Shown piece after piece: positions 26,765-40,504 of a DNA stretch of 64,000 bases (its first letter is position 1; each line of letters opens with the position of its first letter). A program made the position numbers and the translations under genes. The DNA is from Eledone cirrhosa (taxonomy: Eukaryota): assembly GCA_964016885.1 (NCBI GenBank), contig OZ024754.1, positions 4,340,001 through 4,404,000 of the forward strand, in the 5' to 3' direction. The notes under the pieces are model-generated. The model was not told the DNA's origin, ran no database searches, and was given only the letters and a program-made list of their open reading frames with translations.

Positions 26765-27167
26765 CCAAGAGATAGAGAGGGGGGGGATAGAGAGGGAGGG
26801 AGATATAGGGAGGAGAGGCAGAGAGAGATAGAGAGAGGAGCGAGATAGAGAGAGGAGGGGCAGAGGGAGGAGGGGAAAAGAGAGATAGAGAGAGCAGAGG
26901 GATAGAGATAGAGAGAGGAGGGGCAGAAAGAGATAGAGAGAGGAGGGGCAGAGAGAGATAGAGAGAGGAGGGGCAGAGAGAGATAGAGAGAGGAGGGAGA
27001 AAGAGAGAGGGAGAAAGAGAGAGGGTAGAAAGAAGAAGGGAAGAGGGAGATAGAGAGAGGTAGGGTGAGAGATAGAGTGACGGGTAGAGAGATACAGAGA
27101 GGAAGGAAAGAGATAGAGAGAAAGAAAGGGGAAAGAGATAGAGAGAGGAAGGGAAGCGGGAGAGATA
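26765..27167. repeat. Polypurine (GA-rich) tract running into the gap
   Basis: Direct inspection. Confidence 0.9.
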
Positions 27168-27367
27168 NNNNNNNNNNNNNNNNNNNNNNNNNNNNNNNNN
27201 NNNNNNNNNNNNNNNNNNNNNNNNNNNNNNNNNNNNNNNNNNNNNNNNNNNNNNNNNNNNNNNNNNNNNNNNNNNNNNNNNNNNNNNNNNNNNNNNNNNN
27301 NNNNNNNNNNNNNNNNNNNNNNNNNNNNNNNNNNNNNNNNNNNNNNNNNNNNNNNNNNNNNNNNNNN
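27168..27367. other. Assembly gap (200 N)
   Basis: Run of N of round length; the true distance is unknown. Confidence 0.99.
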
Positions 27368-28229
27368 ATGATTCTTGATTTCATTCAGTTTATTTTATTA
27401 TTATTCTATTATTATTTTTTTTTTTTTTTTTTTTATTATCTTTAATTGTTCCGGATTTCGAGTATGTTTAACTATTCATTCAAAACAAGGAAGAACAGCA
27501 GCAGCAGTAACATCAGTAAAGGCAGAGAGATTGCTTCATTTTACAGATTTGTCATAAAAAAACAAAACGAAAGGAAAAAAAATATATACCCTACAAATAT
27601 ACAAGTTCTTGAAAAGGAAGAAAAAATTACAAAAACCTAAAAACAAACGGAAAAAAACCCCACACAATATACCGAGTGTCAGTTGGCTTCAGTCACAGGA
27701 AAATAAAATTGCAGATACAACTGATAATTTAAGATTAGTTGAGATTGAGTATTTCCAATGATGGATCAATGGCTTTTTGTTATTGCTGTTGTGGTTGTTG
27801 TTTCGAATGGTTAGATTGTGGCATTTGTCCTTGTCTTGTTAAGATAGAAAACGGCTTATCTTGTTATTTCATTCCGGACAATAAAACCTATTTATTTGTG
27901 TCTTCTTCCATTGCAAGACCCTGTCGAAAATATGTTTGAAGAGTTAATACCTGGTGAGCCGGATTTATCGCGCCTAGAATTCTAAGTGACCGTTAGATGG
28001 CACCCCACGTTCGTTATGACCGATCCTACGTCGGTTTCGAGGAGTATCCAGACACCCGTCATATATATTTAATATATATACATGCAGTATCTTTCTATCT
28101 CTCTCTCTCTCACTCTCTCTCCATATATATATATGTATATTCCTACTTTTACCTTGGATTACTTTCGGATTGGCCATGGACTACACTAGGATTTACCTAC
28201 GGACTCCGAAATTTCGACCCTTTGTACTG

Positions 28230-28264
<35 letters not shown>

Positions 28265-28377
28265 TGAATATAACATATATTCATGATTAAGTAATATTAG
28301 AATTAGAAGGAAGCTTCCTACTAGAAACTCGCTGGTTACTAACACAAACCCAATATGGTGTGTGTGTGAAGAGGGAC

Positions 28378-28410
<33 letters not shown>

Positions 28411-28431
28411 CGAGGACGAGACGAAGAGAGA

Positions 28432-28506
<75 letters not shown>

Positions 28507-28787
28507 GTTAAAGGGTTGTGTGCATAAGTGTACTAAAGATACACTGAAAAGCGATTCAATATTGATTGTAGAATAAAAAATGTTTCTCCTTTTTTTCATC
28601 GGTGGCGACTCAGTACTTTAATATTATATTCCCAAAGCAGACAATATTTTGAAAGCTGTATCGACGAAACTTCGAAGTAAACAGTCATAACTAATTCTAC
28701 ACATACGTGTGTGTGTGATTGTGTGTTTCTGTGTGGGAGGCTGAGTGTGTGAGTGTATGTCGGTGCGTCTAAGCGTATGGATTTATG

Positions 28788-28832
<45 letters not shown>

Positions 28833-29275
28833 TATATATATATATATATACATGTCTCTGAAGTCTAAAGACTGTCTCGAGCCCTGAGGTTCTTCCGGTC
28901 GGTATTTATCATGATTTCCGTGGCGTGATGTGACTGACATTACATGACAATCCCTCCCCACTGGACAGGGCGCCAGTCCATCACAGGGTTAAATCCCCAG
29001 CTATTGCTAGTATTCATACTATATACCTGTACATACGTACATATGTGTACATGTGTATGTAGGATAGTATAGATCTGCAGTAGAAGTTAATTCGGCAAAT
29101 AGGGATGGAGTTACTTGGCTAAGAATTGAATCATAACGCTTATCAAATACTAGAACTTGGGAATCCCTTACCAAAGCAAAACAACCCCACCATATTACTG
29201 TTTCCTTTCACCTCACACACATCCTTTCGTTTCACTCTCATTATTCCCCACTCCTTTCTTATTAATATATATTTG

Positions 29276-29308
<33 letters not shown>

Positions 29309-30381
29309 GGGGAGTGAGGGAGAGAGGGAGAGAAATAGAGAGAGAGAGGGAGAGAGAGAGAGAGAAATAGAGAGAGAGAGGGAGAGGGAGAAAGAGAGAG
29401 AGAGAAATAGAGAGAGAGAGGGAGAGAGAGAGAGAAATAGAGAGAGAGAGAGAGAGAGAGAGAAGAGAGAGAGAGAATTTGAAGTTTGAAAGCGACGACA
29501 ATGTGAAATGGACGGATAAGCAAGTCGGATGAAACAAGGTGTTGTGTGTGTTTACCTAAATTTATTTATATGTTCTGATATTTCGAGTTTAAAAGCTCTT
29601 CTTCCGAGGAAAATAAAAGGGACTAACATTACTAGAGTATAAACATCATGTTTAACATAGAAATGGCTTCTACAGGACTAGAACTGTTTGAATGAAACTG
29701 TTCTAGTCATGTAAAAGCCACTTCTATATATATATATATATGTGCGAGTGTGTGTGTGTCGGGGGGGGGGGGTTGTACTTTGTATATCTAATGATATACG
29801 GTATGTTTACGAATAAACATTTGAAATCCTTTAGCTATGAAGTATGTATATATATATATACACATAAACGCTAATGATATGTGTACGTATATAGATGTGT
29901 CCGAGTACGTGTGTGTGTGTCCACGTGTGTGTGTATGTATGTGTGTGTGTGCGTGTATATGTGTGTGTGCGTGTCCGAATGTGTGTGTGCGTGTCCGAAT
30001 GTGTGTGTGAGTATGTATATGTACGCCTATATATCTATATATATAGAGAGAGAGATATAGATATATATATGCACGCATATTTCCCGTAGCAGAAGCCAAG
30101 TTAATAGAGGATAATAGATGCTGATACTTGCGCATTTCAGAAAATATAGTTCATAAAGACTTGGACAACATAGAAACAATATGATGAATAGCGCTGACCA
30201 TTAGAACAGATGGACGCTTCATCTGTTTATGTCTATAGGCAGGCAACCTCAAAGGATATTGATATAAATATTAAGAGACCACCAGCACGGATACATCCAA
30301 ACACACACCCTCACACGCATGCACGTGTGTCTGCGGTCTCTTTCATATTTATTAGGAAACCACAGGCACACGTGTGTGTGC

Positions 30382-30427
<46 letters not shown>

Positions 30428-30540
30428 GTATATGTATGTATGTATATATATATATATATATATATGCGTGTGTGAATATATATATATATATATATATATA
30501 CATACACTTACATGTATATATGCGTGAATATGTGTGTGTG

Positions 30541-30621
<81 letters not shown>

Positions 30622-31417
30622 ATTTGTGTGTGTTTATCTGGTTATGTATTTATGAGCTTCTTATAAGCCTGTGTCCATACATGTATATATGTCTACATTA
30701 ACTAAATAAATATGTCTGTATTCATATATTTGCCAAAATGTAGCCAAACATATTTCACATTCAATAAGTTCTGTGATCACACTCTCGCCTTTTCATCACC
30801 CCACTTTCCCCCCCTTCCCTCTCACCTCCACCCCTTTTTTACGCTCTTATCTTGTCTCATCCACTTTTGTTTTGTTTTCGTTGGAGGCCATTTGCTTGTT
30901 AGATCACATGATCACATGACCTAGTTTATTATTGGTCAGATCATATGACCATAGAGTCGAAGTTTTATTAGATTTCCCAGTATAGAATTAGAAGGCTTCC
31001 TTGCATTAATGTGCGGTCAACTGGATCGGTCATTTTTTCTCTTTCTTTCTCTCTGTCTACGGCATTGTACAATTTTCCAGTCATTTCCTTCACTGAATAC
31101 TTTGATTAAGGGTGATTGGGAGGCCATTGTGAGCTGACCACACCAATTTATATACATACTGCTGTCGCAAAACTAGCCATATTTCTAAAAGACACGCTCG
31201 TTTTGTTGCTTCAATTCATTGTAACCTTCGTTATGGTTGTTTTTTGCCCCCTAACAAAACCTCTTAAACTATCTGGCTAGCTAGCTATCTATCCGGCTAA
31301 TCAGCCATTCTTCCATTCATTACAAGTGTCACCACTATTACTACAATCACTGACACAAATAATGATAATTTCTATATTTGCCTCAAGGACATAAAGATGA
31401 TTTGGCCAATACAAGGT

Positions 31418-31708
31418 CTAAAAATGTCTAAAGTCTGTCTTAAACCAGAAGGCTCGTTAGGCTGGTACTTATCCTGGTTTCATGGCATGAAGTGACTGAG
31501 AGTACGTGACTTCCCTCTGAACAGGACGGCACTCCATCGCAAGGTTAAACCCCCAGCAATAGCTGGTACTTATGTTCAGTTGAATATAGTGGACCAAAGT
31601 GAAATGAAGTGTTTTGTTCAAGACCACAACAAGCAACCAAGCCCAGGAATAGAACCCATGACATTATGATCGTACGTCCAACACCCTTACCACTAGGCTA
31701 CACACCTC
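31418..31708 (-). mobile_element. SINE family B-related
   Basis: tRNA-like head on minus; colinear with 43685-43985. Confidence 0.75.
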
Positions 31709-32007
31709 CAAAGACAAGGTAAAAATGCACCTTCGTGGCGGAGGTATATGCGCTCGGGTAAAAATTATATAACAAAAACGAAAGTAATAACAAGGATAAT
31801 GTCTCCAATAGGAGAAGTGGTCAGCTATCTAGTGTCAATCAAGAAAACCCCTTGAGGACTGCTTCATCCTGTCCACGAAGGCAGAGTACCCCCTCTGAGC
31901 TATCGTCTCCCGGTATACAGGGGTCTATTAAGTATAGACCCATTAACGCAAGCCAACATCAACAACTATATTAACAGACAATAAGTTGCAATATTCTGGT
32001 TTACGCT

Positions 32008-32094
<87 letters not shown>

Positions 32095-33070
32095 TTGAGC
32101 ATTTAGTAGTGACTCAAACACTTAATAAGATAGGAGACATTAATGTGAATATATTAAATGTCCTACATTCGTTAGCATTGTTTTGTTCATTGGTTAGTTT
32201 GTGATCTAGATGTTTGATTGGTTGATTACTTATTTTTATTGACTGGCTGGTTTGTCGGTTGACTGACTGTTTGGGTTGTTGGTTGGTTGGTTAGTTTGTT
32301 GACTGGGTGGTTTGTTGACTGGCTGGCTGGTTTGTTGGTTGGTTTGTCGATGGAATGGCTGGTTAGTTTGTTGACGGAATGGCTGGTTTGTTAGTTGGTT
32401 GGTTGGTTGGCTGGTTTGTTGACTGGCTGGCTTGTTTGTTGGTTGGTTTATCGACGGAATGGCTGGTTTGTTGGTTGGTTTGTTGACTGGCTGGCTGGTT
32501 TGTTGGTTGGTTGGTTTGTTGACTGGCTGGTTTGTTGGTTGGTTGGTTTGTTGACTGGCTGGCGGGTTTGCTGGCTGCTTGGTTATCTGTTGGGTTCTTA
32601 GGCTGGTTCATTGGTGGTCTGAAAGGTTGTTCGGTTGGCTGATTGGTGTGTTGATTCAATGGTTCGTTGGTGAATTAGTAGATTGTATGATTAAGTGGCT
32701 GGTTAGTTGGAAGGTTCTCTGGCTGGCTGGCTGGCTGGTCGCTACGTTGTTAGACTGGTTGGTTAGTAAGTTTGAAGGTTGTCTGGCTGGTTGGTCAGTA
32801 TACTTGATGGTTGTTTGGTTAGTTAGTTAGTTGGAAGATTGTCTGTCTGTCTGTCTGGCTCGTAGATTGGTTGGTCGATTTGTTGGTTAGTGCTTTAGTA
32901 GGTTTTAGTGGCTTAGTGGTTGATAAACGTTACTATCTATGCAATTGTATTTAACTAACCAAGTGTAACGAAAGTCATAAATGAATAAACTAAATACACA
33001 ATATTAGAGTATGTTACAGTCCAGTGAACAGATATATATTTTACTACCACTACTATTACTATTTATAATA

Positions 33071-33365
33071 ATTGTTTCTACTTGTGGCACAAGGACAGCA
33101 ATTATATCAGTGTATTACTGGTACTTTATGTTATCGATCTCGTAAGGATGAAAGGCAAAGCTAACCTCGGCGGGATTTGAACTCAGACCGTAAAGGGCCG
33201 TAACTCTGGTGTATAGCATGGCATCGACCCTCCACCGATACTGCCAATCATGGTTTCTGATTTTGGCGCAAGGCCAACAATTTCTTTTTTCAGGGGGGTG
33301 GAGGGGGGGGGGGGGGGGTAATTCAATTAAATCGACCCCAGTGTGTTACTGGTACTCTATTTCAT
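33071..33365 (-). mobile_element. SINE family A plus adjacent second tail fragment
   Basis: Full copy 33071-33250 followed by a further tail fragment. Confidence 0.8.
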
Positions 33366-33734
33366 CAACTCTTGATAATAATAATATATCATGATATATT
33401 ATAATATATATTTGTAATAACACCTTTAATAATGATAATATATTTTCTAACATTGGCACAAGGCCAGCAATTTGGAGGAACGGGAAAGTCCATTATATCT
33501 ACCTTAGTCCTTTAACTATCACCAGTACCCACACTAGTAATGCTAATCACCATCACTACCACTTCGACACCTACTCTACTCTAACCATCAACATCACTAC
33601 TACTACTACTACTACTACTACTACACATACTTTAACTATCACCAACATCAACACTAGTAATACAACCACCATCACTACCACTACTCTACTCCAACCATCA
33701 ATATCAGTGATAATACTACAAATAATAACATTAA

Positions 33735-33767
<33 letters not shown>

Positions 33768-34109
33768 TACTACTACTACTACTTTAGCTATTACAAGCAC
33801 CAATATGCTAAACCACACTACCATTAAGTATTGCTAACAACAACACTGACATTCCATATAATTACATAGACAATTAAACACGACTATTAAATTTGGAGTG
33901 GGTCCACAAACAGACATATACGTTATCATACGATCTGCTAGAAACTGCAGCTAAATATCCCTCAAATCCTACAGTAATGGGTTTTTTGTTTATAAGGACA
34001 CAATAAATGAAGAATTCAGTGATATATAAAGACGATATATATAAGATAATCACGACTGGAAGTCTTTGATTATTGGTTTGCTCGATAAGATCTGATATGA
34101 GTTTATGCC

Positions 34110-34275
34110 GCAAAGCATAGCGTCCGGCGCTGAGTTACGGCCCTTTACGGTCCGAGTTCAAATCCTGCCGAGGTTAACTTTGCCCTTTCATCCCCTTACG
34201 GGGTCGATAAAATAAAGTACCAGTAATGCACTGGGGGTAATTGCTGGTCTTGTGACAAAAGTAGAAACAATTATT
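34110..34275 (+). mobile_element. SINE family A
   Basis: B-box, body and tail match. Confidence 0.8.
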
Positions 34276-34294
34276 ATTATACAGCGATCACAGA

Positions 34295-34460
34295 CAATGC
34301 CGGATTTAGAACAAATGAGGCCCTGTGCTAGTTAAGCTATGAGGCCCCAAACATTTGAAAAATTCATCGTAAAAAATTTGGGTGTGCTGGAAGATGGGAC
34401 CCCTGGCCAACCGGGTCCTGTGCTTAAGCGCACTTAATCACAATGGTAAATCCAGCACTG
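34295..34460. mobile_element. hAT-type MITE
   Basis: TIRs CAATGCCGGATTTA / TAAATCCAGCACTG; flanking 8-mers atcacaga / accacagc match at 6 of 8 positions (degraded TSD). Confidence 0.65.
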
Positions 34461-35170
34461 ACCACAGCTAACGCCAATAACTAGCCAGTAAAGGCGAATC
34501 TACGTGAACACTGGATTTGCTAGAAATAGCAGTAACAAATATCTTTTCAAACATACAATTAAAATATCAAATATAGACACATATGTTAAACACTATTATT
34601 TGATACATAAGAAAGAAAAAAAATTGAGATGGTCACGACAAGATTTCTTTTGATCTAATGGACTTAATGTGTGGCTAAAGTACACCAACAATTAAATTGT
34701 CAGCTCTCATGACTACTAACAGCTTAAACATTCAGGCACAATTAAAGTCACACCTACCAGCATTATCACACATCAATCGGAACAGCGTTTGTTCGCGTCC
34801 AGAGATAGTATCTCTCGCGATAATTTAGACATTCTCCAAATTGCTGACGGTATAAGCGAACCACCATTAAAATAGGATCAAATAAGCACACCCACATACA
34901 CACACATACACACACATACACACACAAACACGAACACATACACACAAACATAAACACACACACGCGCACATCCAAACACAAACACACACACACAAACATA
35001 AACACACACACACATCCAAACAAAAACACACACACATATAAACACACACACACACACATATCCAAACACAAACACACACACACACACAAACACACACACA
35101 CGCCACACACCCACACACATCCAAACACACACACACACACGCACGAATAAATGTATATTTATATATTATA

Positions 35171-35269
35171 CAGGGTGTCCAAAGAAATGTATACACACTT
35201 TGATTACCTGTATAGCCAATAATTATTAGAATGCTGTTGAAGTGTGTATACATTTTGGGGGACACCCTG
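35171..35269. mobile_element. Tc1/mariner-type MITE
   Basis: TA|CAGGGTGTCC...AAATGTATACACACTT / AAGTGTGTATACATTT...GGACACCCTG|TA: ~30-bp TIRs with TA target duplication. Confidence 0.85.
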
Positions 35270-35467
35270 TATATATATATATGGAGGGGGAGTATCTGTG
35301 AGTGTGTGTGAAAAGCAGTGGCCTTGTGTTGAGGATGGTGGGGTCATACATCCATGGGTTCGATACCCCGAACAGATGAAGTGCTGTGTCACTCAACTGA
35401 ACATTAGAACTTGCTTATCAATGAGGTTTATGTTTTGGACCTCTCCTAGCTTCTGCCATACATACAT

Positions 35468-36087
35468 ACAAACATGGTGGTGGCTGCCAACTCGTTTTCG
35501 AGTACGGCCACTACTTTATATCCATGTAGGAGAACCCCTACCGATGGGCTGAACGAGTGTGACTTTTTAGTCCAGCCAGCGACTTGAAAACTCTGGTACA
35601 AACACTACACTTGTGACAATTATTGACACATAGTACTGGGTCCATGGTACCATGTGACGACAAGTGCAGAGAGATCTCCAGATATAAAGCAACGCCTGTG
35701 CCGTGAAGCTTTTATAGTGAGCAAAGGCACTGCACAAAGCCAGTCCCACTCTCTTAACCAAGATGATATTTACCAAAAAGAAAAACAAGTCAACATCATT
35801 GGATACCATCAGGGTTGCAGGTGTTATATCAGAGTTTTCCTTCTCTTAGAATTCTGCCTTGACAAAGGCTAAGGGGTCATCTCTCCCAGTGATTTTCGAT
35901 GGCCATTGACTCTTAAGAGCTCCTTTGCCCTTTGACAGGTTTTGTTTTTAGTCCTGCAGGATGTCCAAAGTCACCCTCCTCACGAAGAAACCTTGGTGTG
36001 GTTGCCAGTTCAGTCGCCAACGACCCGACCATGAGACAGGTTGTACTGGGATACATGTTACCAGTAGCACCAACTGGTGACCTGACA
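35468..36087 (-). mobile_element. Non-autonomous bipartite RTE derivative (5' UTR joined to 3' end)
   Basis: Minus strand ~35900-35690 aligns by eye with the LINE leader 61945-62170 (cactgggag...ggagaagg/agagaagg...gatgttga...agagagtggga...gcacaggc). The 3' part encodes CSVCTRVFKSLAGLKSHTRSAHR* (C2H2-like C-terminus). No APE or RT lies between. Confidence 0.75.
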
Positions 36088-36319
36088 TACAAACATACAC
36101 ACATACATACATACACACACATACATACATACAAACAAACATACATACACATGCATACATTTAGAGATACACACGCACACAAACATACACACAGATACAT
36201 ACACACACATAATTACATACTTGCATACATACATACGAGTGTACGCGCGCACGTGCTTGCATATGTATATATTTATAAAGTGTGTATGTGTATGTATATA
36301 TATATATATATATATATAT

Positions 36320-36378
<59 letters not shown>

Positions 36379-36959
36379 CAGAGAAAGGGAGAAACGGGAT
36401 GCACATGTCAACATGACACATTTCATGACACAATGCAACAAGGAAGTGCATGAATAAATATAAAAGCTTTAGAATAACTACCCATAATGCATGTAGTCAG
36501 ATGATTGCCAAGTCCGTCCATGTGTAACGGTGGTGATGGTAGTCACCCGGTTATGACCAGATGGTGCTGCAATTGTGTTAGGAGATGGTCCTGCTTGGTG
36601 TATTGAAAATCACTCCAGCCTTTCCACTTTTAACAATAGAAAAGCACACTTTTACTGTCGAGCGAGACTGCATCACCATTATGTTACTAATGCCATATCA
36701 AAGCTATACACTACACAACAGCTGCAACGTCACAACAACACCAATCCTACCAATGTACTAAAACCGAATATAAGAGCCCCTAAATATACACCCTTCACGT
36801 ACTGAAAATTTCATTTAAATATTCCTTAACCCTTTCGATACCAAACCACCCGAAATCGCTCCTGGGTTTATGATACAAAGGAAAGGGGTCGATCGACTTT
36901 CGTCAAATCGGACCAAGGAAGCAATGTTTCCGTTGGTCTTTCCAATTGTTAAAGCTATC

Positions 36960-38186
36960 TATCGGTCGCAACTCCAGGTAGAAGGAACAACGTGAAATAA
37001 AGTGTCTTGCTCAAGGACATAATGCATCGCCCGGTCCAGGAATTGAACCGACAACCTCACGATTGTGAATCCAGCTCTCTAACCAATCCAGCTCTCTAAC
37101 CAATCCAGTTCTCTATAAATCCAGCTCTCTAACCAATCCAGTTCTCTAACCAATCCAGCTCTCTAACCAATCCAGCTCTCTAACCAATCCAGTTCTCTAT
37201 AAATCCAGCTCTCTAACCAATCCAGTTCTCTAACCAATCCAGCTCTCTAACCAATCCAGTTCTCTAACCAATCCAGTTCTCTAACCAATCCCGCTCTCTA
37301 ACCAATCCAGCTCTCTAACCAATCCAGTTCTCTAACCAATCCAGCTCTCTAACCAATCCAGCTCTCTAACCAATCCAGCTCTCTAACCAATCCAGTTCTC
37401 TAACCAATCCAGCTCTCTAACCAATCCCGCTCTCTAACCAATCCAGCTCTCTAACCAATCCAGTTCTCTAACCAATCCAGCTCTCTAACCAATCCAGCTC
37501 TCTAACCAATCCAGCTCTCTAACCAATCCAGTTCTCTAACCAATCCAGCTCTCTAACCAATCCAGCTCTCTAACCAATCCAGTTCTCTAACCAATCCAGT
37601 TCTCTAACCAATCCAGCTCTTTAACCAATCCAGCTCTCTAACCAATCCAGTTCTCTAACCAATCCAGTTCTCTAACCAATCCAGCTCTCTAACCAATCCA
37701 GTTCTCTAACCAATCCCGCTCTCTAACCAATCCAGCTCTCTAACCAATCCAGTTCTCTAACCAATCCAGCTCTCTAACCAATCCAGTTCTCTAACCAATC
37801 CAGCTCTCTAACCAATCCAGTTCTCTAACCAATCCAGTTCTCTAACCAATCCAGCTCTCTAACCAATCCAGTTCTCTAACCAATCCCGCTCTCTAACCAA
37901 TCCAGTTCTCTAACCAATCCCGCTCTCTAACCAATCCAGCTCTCTAACCAATCCAGTTCTCTAACCAATCCAGCTCTCTAACCAATCCAGTTCTCTAACC
38001 AATCCAGTTCTCTAACCAATCCAGCTCTCTAACCAATCCAGTTCTCTAACCAATCCCGCTCTCTAACCAATCCAGCTCTCTAACCAATCCAGCTCTCTAA
38101 CCAATCCAGTTCTCTAACCAATCCAGCTCTCTAACCAATCCAGCTCTCTAACCAATCCAGTTCTCTAACCAATCAGCCACACGCCT
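36960..38186 (-). mobile_element. SINE family B whose head contains an expanded 17-bp minisatellite
   Basis: Body at 36960-37067, 5' tip at 38172-38186, array between. Confidence 0.8.
37068..38172. repeat. 17-bp minisatellite (aatccag(c/t)tctctaacc), ~65 units
   Basis: Direct inspection; about 1.1 kb. Confidence 0.95.
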
Positions 38187-38822
38187 ATATGATACAAAAC
38201 AGTTCGTATATTTATCTAAAACCCTTCTATCATAGGTTTTTGATATGAAATAGTGTGTTGAAACAAATATTGTTATATTAGGGGAGGGTCATGCTGTCCT
38301 AATATTGCCAAGAGCGGGGGCGGAGTGCTGCCATAATCACTGAGGTGTGATGAAAACTTTGAGAAACTATATTTATACTTATATTTTTAACTGTTGGTCA
38401 ATAAATGATAACAACAGCATCGTCCACAACACCAGCATCGGCCACAACAACAGCATCGGCCACAACAACAGCATCGGCCACAACAACAGCATCGGTCACA
38501 ACACCACCATCGACCACAACACCAACATCGACCACAACAACAGCATCGGCCACAACACCAACATCGACCACAACACCAGCATCGACCACAACACTACCAT
38601 CAGCCACAACACCACCATCGGCCACAACACCAGCATCGGCCACAACACCAGCATCGACCACAACAACAACATCGGCCACAACCCCCCAAATCATCCACAA
38701 CGCCACCACCCTAGCCGCCAATCTATGTGGCTACACAACCAATGATTATTACGAGTCGAAAGGATATTATCACAGTGCAATACCTTATTACATAAAAGCA
38801 TACAACATTATCAAAAGCATTT

Positions 38823-39146
38823 GGGCGGTAGATTGGCAGTATCGGGAGAGGGTCGGACGCCATGTTAGGGTGGTGGATTGGCAGTATCGGTAGAGGGTCG
38901 GACGCCATGTTAGGGTGGTGGATTGGCAGTATCGGGAGAGGGTCGGACGCCATGTTAGGGTGGTGGATTGGCAGTATCGGTAGAGGGTCGGACGCCATGC
39001 TTTCCAGCATAGTTACGTCCCTTTAAGATCTGAGTTCAAATCCCGCCGAGGTTGACTTTGCCTTTCATCCTTACGGGGTCGATAAAATAAAGTACCAGTA
39101 ATGCACTGGGTAATTGCTGGCCTTGTGCCTAAAGTAGAATCAATTA
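38823..39146 (+). mobile_element. SINE family A with head repeated four times (45-bp unit)
   Basis: gggtggtggattggcagtatcgg(t/g)agagggtcggacgccatgtta x4, then the normal body. Confidence 0.85.
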
Positions 39147-39991
39147 TCAAAAGCATTTAATTTTTTCCTAAACCTAACGCAAAACTTCTCGCCACAGAGC
39201 CTGGATTTGTAATCCCTTTTTCTGACCTCAAAATGATGGATGGTAAATTTCACCTCGGTAGAATTTGAACTCAAATCGTATCGAGTCGGAATAAATGCCC
39301 AACATCGCTTCCAATTCGCCGCCTGCTAACCACAGAACAAATAGTAAAACAAAACTATACTAAATATGTATTAGCAACAACAATTAAGCATCAACATATC
39401 AAATGTCACAAAAATAACTTTACTTAGCATAGATTCATTCCAAACAAACTTCCTTATCTTATATTTTACCAAACTCAGTCAACAAAAAAAAACTACACAA
39501 ACATCATACAAACAAATCTCAAGACCAAAGATCTTTAACTTCTTTTCTTCTCGTGCTCTCTTTCTCTCTCTCATACATACACAATACAAACGCACACACA
39601 CACTCACTCTCACGTATATATGAATGCGAGTGTGTGTGTGTGTGTGTGTGTGTACGTGTGAGTGCGTCTTTAAATTTGTGTATTTACATCATTTCTTTCA
39701 ACTCACTGACTTTCTCTTGCATTTATCTCTCTCACGGTTTCTCTCTCTTTTTTGATCCATCACTCTCTCTCTCTCTGCATGTCTAAATAACTTTCTCTCT
39801 CTCTCTCTTTCGCTTCTGGGGGTCGATAAATAAACTACCATTCAAATACTGGGTTAATTTCATAGAAATTTCCCTCATCCACCTTTCTGCTATTGTTACA
39901 AAAAACATAAGCTGCTAGGCTATTCTGAGTGACTGAGTGTTGTGTTTGCGATATGTGTGTGTGTGTGTGTGTGCGTGTGTGCGTGTGTGCG

Positions 39992-40035
<44 letters not shown>

Positions 40036-40267
40036 TGCGTGTGTGTGATTATACGCGCGCACACGTGTGTGTGAGTGTGTAGTGAAAGAAACAGAGCTGT
40101 AGTTATATGTATATGTGTAAGTATTGAACTCAACACAGTTTAATGTATAAGCTGCTAATTTATTGTAAGCGTGTATGTGGGTGTAATTGTACGTGTGTGT
40201 AGGGGAGAACATATGTATGTATGGATGTGTTAGTTTAAACATGCTTTAATATAAGCTAAGCTATTGC

Positions 40268-40302
<35 letters not shown>

Positions 40303-40470
40303 TGTATGTATGTATGTATGCATGCATGCATGTATGTTTATGTATGTATGTATGTATGTATACATGTATGTATGCATGTATGTATGTATGTATGTAAGTA
40401 TGTATGTATGTATGCATGTATACATGTATGTAAGTATGTATGTATGTATGTTTGTTTGTATGTAAGCATG

Positions 40471-40504
<34 letters not shown>

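Noticed and set aside
28010-28062. Minus-strand GAAA-CCGA...UCGG-UC half hammerhead
   Set aside because: The 5' half is replaced by TA repeat, so it cannot be called a ribozyme; compatible with a truncated member of the system.
37068-38172. CRISPR-like or telomeric array
   Set aside because: Head-to-tail 17-bp units with no unique spacers, not TTAGGG; derived from a SINE head.
38347-38893. HNTSIG / TTTASA repeat ORFs
   Set aside because: 18-bp AAC/CAC-derived minisatellite open in multiple frames and ending in a SINE.
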